Of a stretch of DNA of 64,000 bases, positions 59,201-64,000 are shown one piece after another. Source of the DNA: a virus. The notes beneath the pieces were generated by a model that worked only from the letters and a program-made list of their open reading frames with translations, had not been told where the DNA came from and did not search any database. The stretch covers positions 3,493 to 67,492 of the IMG/VR virus record IMGVR_UViG_3300047666_000499; one strand, 5' to 3'. How positions within the stretch are numbered: the first letter of the stretch is position 1; each line of letters opens with the position of its first letter. Position numbers and translations under genes: made by a program.

Positions 59201-62200
59201 GGTAGTGTTATTACAGGTGGGCAATTCATGTCACCCTTTAATCCAGCTTCGATTCCTAACTTGGAGATCATTAACGCTGTTGGTAAGCAAGCAGTAGGTG
59301 TGTACGCTACAGGTCTGAAAGGATACGCAGCGATCTACACTGCCTCACTGAAAGACATGACCAGCGAGCATATCAAATTCCCTGACTTCACGCGAGGATT
59401 GTTTGCTTCAGACGACAAAGCTGCCGTTGGCATCGCCCAAGATCTGTTCAAAAAATTCTACGGTAGAGATTCAGAGGGTAACGCTATTTCTAACAACACG
59501 TTGAACTTGTTCGTTACAGATGGTAAGGGTGTAAAAGAACGCCACCACCGTAGCTTGATTGCGAACACAGATAAATGGGCTGAAGGAGTAAACCCAGATG
59601 ATCCTAAATTCAAGGAGCAAGCGCAAGCATGGGCGGATATTTCAGAGCTTACCAATGCTGCGACCGATAACGCCAAAGAGTTGATCTTGGGACGTATTGG
59701 AGCGGATGGTAACACGAACGGTCTTATTGCAGCTGCTGTAACCGCAGGGTTTGATTTAACACATGTGTTGGCTCTTTTACAAGATCCAGATGTTAAAGAT
59801 GTGTTGAAAGCAGTTGAGAGAGGTTCAGATACAGTGAACACTCAGCCTGAGCTTCCATTGAAGTTTGCTATCAACGACCACATGAGAAGAAAATTCGGAT
59901 GGTTCAACAAAGGGTTTTACTCTTCTGTTAAGTCTCTACAGGGCACTATAAAAGCCTTAGAGGGAACTAGACCAGACGCGTTCAAATCAGCGGAAATAGC
60001 GATATTAGATATCGGTACTACAAACATAGAGGATTTAAAGATACTTGCGGGTGGTGCGTATTCAACTAACGATTACGACCTAGCTACAACAAACGTTGAG
60101 AGTTCAACACCAACTGACTTGGAGTTAAGCACTCTTCAGAGATTGGCAGCGGCTTCAGGCACTGACTTCAATACTTTAAACAAATCGAAAGCTACAGCTA
60201 TGTTGCGTTCGTTCACGGATAGTAAGACTCTTATTATACCAACGGACCAAAACTTAAGCTCAGTAAATATTAGATTGGCTGCGGCTTATGCTGCGTCTAC
60301 GAAGAAGGAATTATTCCAAATTCAGCCAGATGGTTCTTGGAGTAAGTTCGATGGGGACATGTTTATGCCCTCTAAGAACACACCTTTGTTCACTAAGAGC
60401 ACTGCTATATTCACGAACTCTAAGCTGTCGGCTCCGGCCCGCGCTAGCATCAAGAGAGCAATCTCTGAAACTAAGATGGCTATCGCTAACCCAGCGGAGT
60501 ACAACAAGACAATTTCGACTCGTCGTAAGGGAGCTCACAAAAGTAAGCTAGCCAACGCGGATCAAGCATTGAAAGACAAAATGGAAGAGTTCGTTGGTGA
60601 CGGGCCTCGTCAACTATTGATGTTGATGAATATGGCAAAGGAGAACCGCGCGGTTACTTCGTTACTTGCTATAAACCAGTCTATTCCTAATGGGGATTAC
60701 GATGTGTACAAATACTTCAATGCGTTTATCAAGAACGTTAACGGTGCTGCTGGCGGGCCTTTCATAGGTCTAGATGAATTGTACAAGTTCATTAGCGATT
60801 TACAAAGCCCGGAAACTATGCCAGAAGCGGACGCTCTTATTGAGCAGTACGAAGGGCACAAAACTGCGGTTAACCCATTCTACGTTATCAAGCAAAACTC
60901 TCACTACTTCGGGTACATAAAGTCGTTGAAGTTGGGTATGGAGCTAGTGCGTAGCGGGACGTTCACCAACAAAGCTATCGAGGAATTAATTAAGAAATTC
61001 ACTGATGGTAACGTAGACGAAGAAGCGTACTCAAGCATTAAGAATATGGTATACGGTATTGGAGTGGAGCAATTCTTCCAAAAACGTGGGCCTCTTAGAG
61101 TTGCGGGTACTGACTATGATTTAGGAACTAACGATGGCCGTGCTGACTTCATGTCGGAAATGGTGAACATCACTAAGAAGGTTCAGAGAGAAGAGTCACT
61201 GGAAAACAACCCGTTCGTGAAAGCGTTATGGTTGGATGAGATCAAAGATGTTCAGCTGCGTGATTTCTTTACTGTTGTTCGTACAAACGACATCGGTAAC
61301 ATGGAGCCACATACTATCGCTAAATTGCGTGTAGGTCTTAATAACTTGAGAGAGTCACACCCAGAATTCCACGATGCTTTGTTCTACTATTCTTTAGTTC
61401 TTCACAAGGGAGCGAAAGGAAAGAACTCATTTGCATCTTTATTCGATGCCAACATTGACGGATTCAAGGATTACGTGAAGTTCCTAGACGGAATGGACGC
61501 TAAGAACATTATGGATGCCGTGGCTAAGATGCATGGTTCTAGAGCAGGAGGTGACGCTATTGATGGTGTAGCTTTTAGCTTGATCAACCGTACTATGAAG
61601 AGAATGGACACGAGACCTAAGTCAGGTTACAAAGGTGCAGGATCTAACTCAGTACACGATCAACACTATGTTCTTCCGAACCCAGAAGCTAAGAAAGCTC
61701 CGAGCATGTTCATGTCGAAGCAAACAGGTAAGATATACCACAAAGTTACAGAGATCATGTTCAACGGTAAGCCGTTAGACTACGTTGTTGTAACTTCTAA
61801 ATATCCTGTAAAAGGTATCCCGTACACTACTTCAGAAATGGGTGTAGAAGCTGCTGGTTACCAATACGGGGAGACTGCTGAATTAAGCGGTACCAAAGTG
61901 CAAGTGTTGAAATACCAAGATTTTGAGAAGAACTACTTGGTGGACATGGGTAACGGTGTTATTGTAACTGTGAACCGTGATACACTTGAGGAAAATAACC
62001 CTGACATGATCTTCTCTGGTCGTAACTTCGGGCCTATCGTTAAAAAAGATAGATTGAACCCTGACTTCGATCGTACTGCGATTTTGACTAAGCCTAACGT
62101 ACAAGATTGGCCTGTCTCTTTTAAAGAGGTAGAAGAAATAGAAGCGTACAGCATGAAGTACCAAGTGATAACTGACGTCCCAGAAGGCGCAGAGCCGGGG

Positions 62201-64000
62201 AAAGTTATAGGTTACGCTGAACGTGGTGGCTTCAAGGCTAGAGTGCGTTACTTAGGGAACATGGGGTACAAGAGACATATTGCTATGGGTCTTGCGTCTA
62301 AGAAAGATAAGGCGGCCTACGCTTACTTTAACGAGGAAGTTGATGGAGCTCATATCGTTGAATTCGAGCCTGTGTCTACTCCCAACAAACCAGTGATTGC
62401 TTTGGACTCTGTTAAAAAGAGACCGGGTGGATCTATTCTTACACGAGTTGGTTACGGCAGAGCGGTTAACTTCGCATCTACAGAAGATATCGACGTGGAA
62501 GAAGGAGAAACTAAACTTATGGAGGTTCGCCACCCTAAGACTAAAGCGACTCAGTTCTTCAAAGTGACTAACGTTGGGCCTTCTGTGAAGTACATAGGAG
62601 AGCAAGGGATATTACCAGAAGAAATGCACGATCGCATGGGTTACACTGGAAAATCAGGCTTCAACACGATTCGTAAGATTATGGCGCCATCGTCAGAATT
62701 CACTATGTACACAGTCGAGCCTTACAACGGTAAACAAGATAACACAAACTCACACTTGGAATACAGATTCTTGAGTGATGAAGCTACACCTATCAATGAT
62801 GTTCAAATCAACTTGGTAGGGGCAACAAACAACCATGTCAACGCAGATATTATCGCTAAGATGGGTGAGTTTGGTGTGAGCGCAATAAATGAGGAAGAAG
62901 AAACATTTGTAACAGACGAGAAGTTCTTAGAAGAGTCTATGCTTGAACTGGGTAAAGTTTACCCTAACGCGGCAAAGTCTACTAGTGACTACTACAAGAA
63001 ATCAGCTAACGTTGTTTTGAACTCGGATATGACAATCATTGTTTCGGACTTTGACCGTCTTACGAGTGACGAACAAGAAGCAGCTAACTACGATCCATCG
63101 TCTTACTTAGACAAGGAACTAGAAAAGTTGGTTAAGATTGTTGGTGACAACTTTGAGGGTGACGTTACAGACAGTCTAGATAAGATTGTGGCAGATATTC
63201 AAGCTGGTACATTGTCTACACTAGACGGTAACAAATTGAGAAGATATTCTACGGATTTGGCTAAACTAAGAAGAGATTCTGGTAAGGCTAGTGTAGTACG
63301 TAAGAACCCGGGATCCGCTCCAGCGAGTGTGAAAACGAAAACTTTCAAGAACTTTGTTGCTGCTCAGGTAGCTAAACATGCTGGGAAGAACTTACATATT
63401 TACTCTCCGTCAAGACAACAGTGGTTCCAATACGAACCAAACACAGGTGAATATATACCTACATCTATTCCAATCATGGAGGGTACGGTTGCGTACTTTG
63501 ATGATAAGCCGAATGATGACATAGGGAAGCAAGGTCTTGACTCTCTATTGAAGAAGACAGCAGTATTCGCCAGACAACAAGATGGAGGTCTTGGTACTCT
63601 TAAACGTCCTGCTAACTTGACTTTCGGGTCAGAGCCAGATTCAGAGTTAAACACACCTACTCTTTCTCCTAGCCCGTTGTCTAACGTTAACGGGATCAGC
63701 GAGATTGAATTAGACGGCCAAGTAGTTGTTGATGGTATTGTTTACAAAGGAACAGAGATCAATGGTGAGACTTATACTAAGAACCACTTCACTGATTTTG
63801 AAAATGCTACTGTGAACGAGATGCCTGATGGTTCTATTACTATCGAGAGCACTACAACCGGTGGTGATGCATTCTTCTGGGCTGCTTTCCCTGATGCTAA
63901 CGTACGTAAGAATTACGCTAACTTCACTGGAGACAGCGTGAAAGAGGACTTCAAGGTTCAGATCGATGGTAAGTACTACATCTTTGATGAGTTACACCGC
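53294..64000 (+). CDS. Virion-packaged DNA-dependent RNA polymerase (crAss-type, double-psi barrel), 3'-truncated by the window
   Basis: ATG 53294. The frame is inferred open to the window end (at least 3569 codons) because the track lists no closed ORF in it; spot translations agree. ARIPGTGKQS and the catalytic GADHDIDK (DxDxD at 58808-58822) are present. Confidence 0.9.
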   Translation, partial: MAIKCSLEPALASALINDYLYFNPKPQSLPTFYKDIAKILFDAEGDLRSVVGDYKVGDETSNFGSYLRRLSGVVKGQIAVLGSEFERGESDYDTVDVNAYTLADNIGRSVMDKIAREDDSLISEDIAELAQEEKAPVPDPIEAVEVVSSQREHAISFGKSTAEFYDFVASYKKTRLQKDDLDFETFADTYFGGDLITLFDDFKAHFLNNFSDALIDTRVVNGQARGYNDNIISVLENLKLAVEDAVDEDLLESTEASSLLDTNPATRRAYFNKVIANNFDNVVKLYLDGVNIGEGLDKATLDIAEGRKGFTDFDGGHSGLATESDAMKMLIYTTPRLTKDEHGNIVQDDNKPTLGDHEVKAVANVLNSFPRTAEGFRDKLENRMNSKDINADIYRSLHHRFFSDENYTVDGVTRKSVYAIFRDNNDKNANNMVSLLMTSFHSQQHLSYIIAKNGNVTRTNPATDQLSSSLKEDFTRRISDVHNKSELDPTIADKISVEDVDGVPHIKIANGKGQFVSFGFEVLSTKKSDGIPVRIDEEGFKEYSNETKALNALHILGFPPSLTSNFIKHYKQHIGAYAAQSTIGTERDLSLPNMIANMAYMIAMNKPEALEKMVDMKVALPKEHKSTEESTLAFPPMDSAHRFVAPIKEFIAIAEGAGVKKKHMDNNGNFVSNIGVKARIHDTENNISDIRDRLSNGETTVHARNVLVSEKYDILGTSYKDGFEIMGNVRSNSSMSKAEQYRYIIEDLYVKIGAQEGFKVANFQSAVMSDRSRVETMITRKNQGEYLDPHKLDTARSSMIEAQKDFHNDLASAITTSWVTQLQEWSKKGNSFATWNGAEVDAISTIEELNTHLAKYPVPIAAAKAGRHLANRVMYVADENKNAKIKDVFMYMRDTFNDPNRADKFVQDQLRKFRNQLKKEGYTPKTMSDDVTKILRNRFGQSKNYKIYDMMLESFFFESNIIANAATSLSMGSLYQFKGDMDHTKEMDFATDLVQRFAERNDEQLTTDQVRERATVKAKEIASGRALNSMFVDQAKRNAGLGSGFHHPRLFSSFETGTGLDEFTNTAVIDDPEIAVDILGTLGQNGQEVYDAAQFAHPLYFLKLNNSLGNEMSQYMTQGGAVKDISNELDPVTGVLRFQKKATFNQFSTEMLTKGTPELARLFRKMNSSITFKGEITYKGETIPVKNLQELWEHFGATKESHPNRIGEDKYANAWESVLEVLGQNPENRSAYIEKVGFTSGEKTGSRALNKTDVWSTDGAPLKYTKFSNEQHGVILNADHDPDSTHTEHGEKSLMTQAISAAVFQGESFGIAENINDALLSLSEASLDRIKTEIDEKAVDLLRKMANTNHPTLKGQGLAVQALTNNSDRSDAEEQQVQSLIIETGLDKTAMKEYALDLTKDALVSKDTFNIVSKIANHQEYDGMDTMQLQNEVHRAVMAHLNRETVRIKFKGQEFVVSTAHDFAKLYELPNGNVVSRDDFMKSTQVKFDEITNTDDLKATTDYDIIEFNGVEMQLWEAIAMKGDRKSVMDGNTVGIKRLPAKDKQRNLKWLGYNGVSPTTGEPVKLTDTSEFKDLKANGKELANRETTTERQKELLADRVPLELAFKELMNNTAYQWETEDAEFYMPQTHMAAFNLDINSNISEIMGDLLTGEQISVDGGEVVYESQLASMRAYFEDQIYDVIDTKKEYRDIFNFTKSYDELTIGGLDKISRAAARKLSSIDPNSELASTLEDELEHVKQIMAEALQGAEVTEDNSNGNLDNNLLDKFNTFRESNRKMFVEDLANRQAKSFPKTLKILAARIPGTGKQSYVAGKVKGFITSQRNGIWGPAEMLTITGADHDIDKAHVLVYSVDSEGVVYSYDSYLDASGKISREVYGKNLANKIEIHKKRLSEAGKSPRQVDSIISEFRKNENLKFKEAIKNYIIDGLRTTSLDPRNAVESATPVSLEKLKKAIKTIEKEEKSEEQDEDGSVITGGQFMSPFNPASIPNLEIINAVGKQAVGVYATGLKGYAAIYTASLKDMTSEHIKFPDFTRGLFASDDKAAVGIAQDLFKKFYGRDSEGNAISNNTLNLFVTDGKGVKERHHRSLIANTDKWAEGVNPDDPKFKEQAQAWADISELTNAATDNAKELILGRIGADGNTNGLIAAAVTAGFDLTHVLALLQDPDVKDVLKAVERGSDTVNTQPELPLKFAINDHMRRKFGWFNKGFYSSVKSLQGTIKALEGTRPDAFKSAEIAILDIGTTNIEDLKILAGGAYSTNDYDLATTNVESSTPTDLELSTLQRLAAASGTDFNTLNKSKATAMLRSFTDSKTLIIPTDQNLSSVNIRLAAAYAASTKKELFQIQPDGSWSKFDGDMFMPSKNTPLFTKSTAIFTNSKLSAPARASIKRAISETKMAIANPAEYNKTISTRRKGAHKSKLANADQALKDKMEEFVGDGPRQLLMLMNMAKENRAVTSLLAINQSIPNGDYDVYKYFNAFIKNVNGAAGGPFIGLDELYKFISDLQSPETMPEADALIEQYEGHKTAVNPFYVIKQNSHYFGYIKSLKLGMELVRSGTFTNKAIEELIKKFTDGNVDEEAYSSIKNMVYGIGVEQFFQKRGPLRVAGTDYDLGTNDGRADFMSEMVNITKKVQREESLENNPFVKALWLDEIKDVQLRDFFTVVRTNDIGNMEPHTIAKLRVGLNNLRESHPEFHDALFYYSLVLHKGAKGKNSFASLFDANIDGFKDYVKFLDGMDAKNIMDAVAKMHGSRAGGDAIDGVAFSLINRTMKRMDTRPKSGYKGAGSNSVHDQHYVLPNPEAKKAPSMFMSKQTGKIYHKVTEIMFNGKPLDYVVVTSKYPVKGIPYTTSEMGVEAAGYQYGETAELSGTKVQVLKYQDFEKNYLVDMGNGVIVTVNRDTLEENNPDMIFSGRNFGPIVKKDRLNPDFDRTAILTKPNVQDWPVSFKEVEEIEAYSMKYQVITDVPEGAEPGKVIGYAERGGFKARVRYLGNMGYKRHIAMGLASKKDKAAYAYFNEEVDGAHIVEFEPVSTPNKPVIALDSVKKRPGGSILTRVGYGRAVNFASTEDIDVEEGETKLMEVRHPKTKATQFFKVTNVGPSVKYIGEQGILPEEMHDRMGYTGKSGFNTIRKIMAPSSEFTMYTVEPYNGKQDNTNSHLEYRFLSDEATPINDVQINLVGATNNHVNADIIAKMGEFGVSAINEEEETFVTDEKFLEESMLELGKVYPNAAKSTSDYYKKSANVVLNSDMTIIVSDFDRLTSDEQEAANYDPSSYLDKELEKLVKIVGDNFEGDVTDSLDKIVADIQAGTLSTLDGNKLRRYSTDLAKLRRDSGKASVVRKNPGSAPASVKTKTFKNFVAAQVAKHAGKNLHIYSPSRQQWFQYEPNTGEYIPTSIPIMEGTVAYFDDKPNDDIGKQGLDSLLKKTAVFARQQDGGLGTLKRPANLTFGSEPDSELNTPTLSPSPLSNVNGISEIELDGQVVVDGIVYKGTEINGETYTKNHFTDFENATVNEMPDGSITIESTTTGGDAFFWAAFPDANVRKNYANFTGDSVKEDFKVQIDGKYYIFDELHR

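Noticed and set aside
281-63654. Numerous minus-strand and off-frame ORFs in the track (e.g. 12163-12732, 47413-48108, 52471-52992, 2016-2411)
   Set aside because: They lie wholly within long plus-strand genes, have no recognisable motifs, and are typical antisense shadows of biased codon usage.
1-64000. Stop-codon recoding (TAG or TGA), seen in some Crassvirales
   Set aside because: Genes are long and tightly packed under the standard code; TAG (6593, 9938, 53266) and TGA (36910) act as real stops.
43052-64000. Inteins, introns or homing endonucleases in the giant genes
   Set aside because: The reading frames are uninterrupted and I noticed no intein or LAGLIDADG/HNH motifs. This was not exhaustively excluded.
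1-64000. tRNA, rRNA or CRISPR arrays
   Set aside because: Intergenic spaces are at most about 200 nt and show no cloverleaf or repeat-spacer pattern.

Overview
This window is a 64-kb, entirely plus-strand late/virion-morphogenesis region of a crAss-like phage (order Crassvirales), read in the standard genetic code. The host is probably Bacteroidota and possibly flavobacterial: starts have no Shine-Dalgarno motifs, are A-rich, and sit behind -33/-7-type promoters. The order is a tandem-GroES co-chaperonin, portal, scaffold-like protein, major capsid protein, ring/tail-tube proteins, an IHF-like protein and a large muzzle/tail-stabilisation protein. Next comes a long, partly AT-rich fibre/adhesin block, which includes a YadA-like fibre and a circularly permuted DUF3494 ice-binding domain. 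A three-gene Gly-zipper/DUF192/DUF2272 operon interrupts this block. A probable lysis cluster follows, then the ejected cargo genes, ending in a 3404-aa polyvalent protein and a virion RNA polymerase of over 3569 aa (DHDID motif) that runs off the window end. All product calls come from motif recognition and crAss-like synteny; no searches were run. The most notable observations are the permuted ice-binding fibre protein, a shared basic-x-GG tag across predicted injected proteins, the candidate envelope-breaching operon, the Cpn20-like tandem GroES, and a CTTR-N19-TAT promoter that recurs about 13 times.
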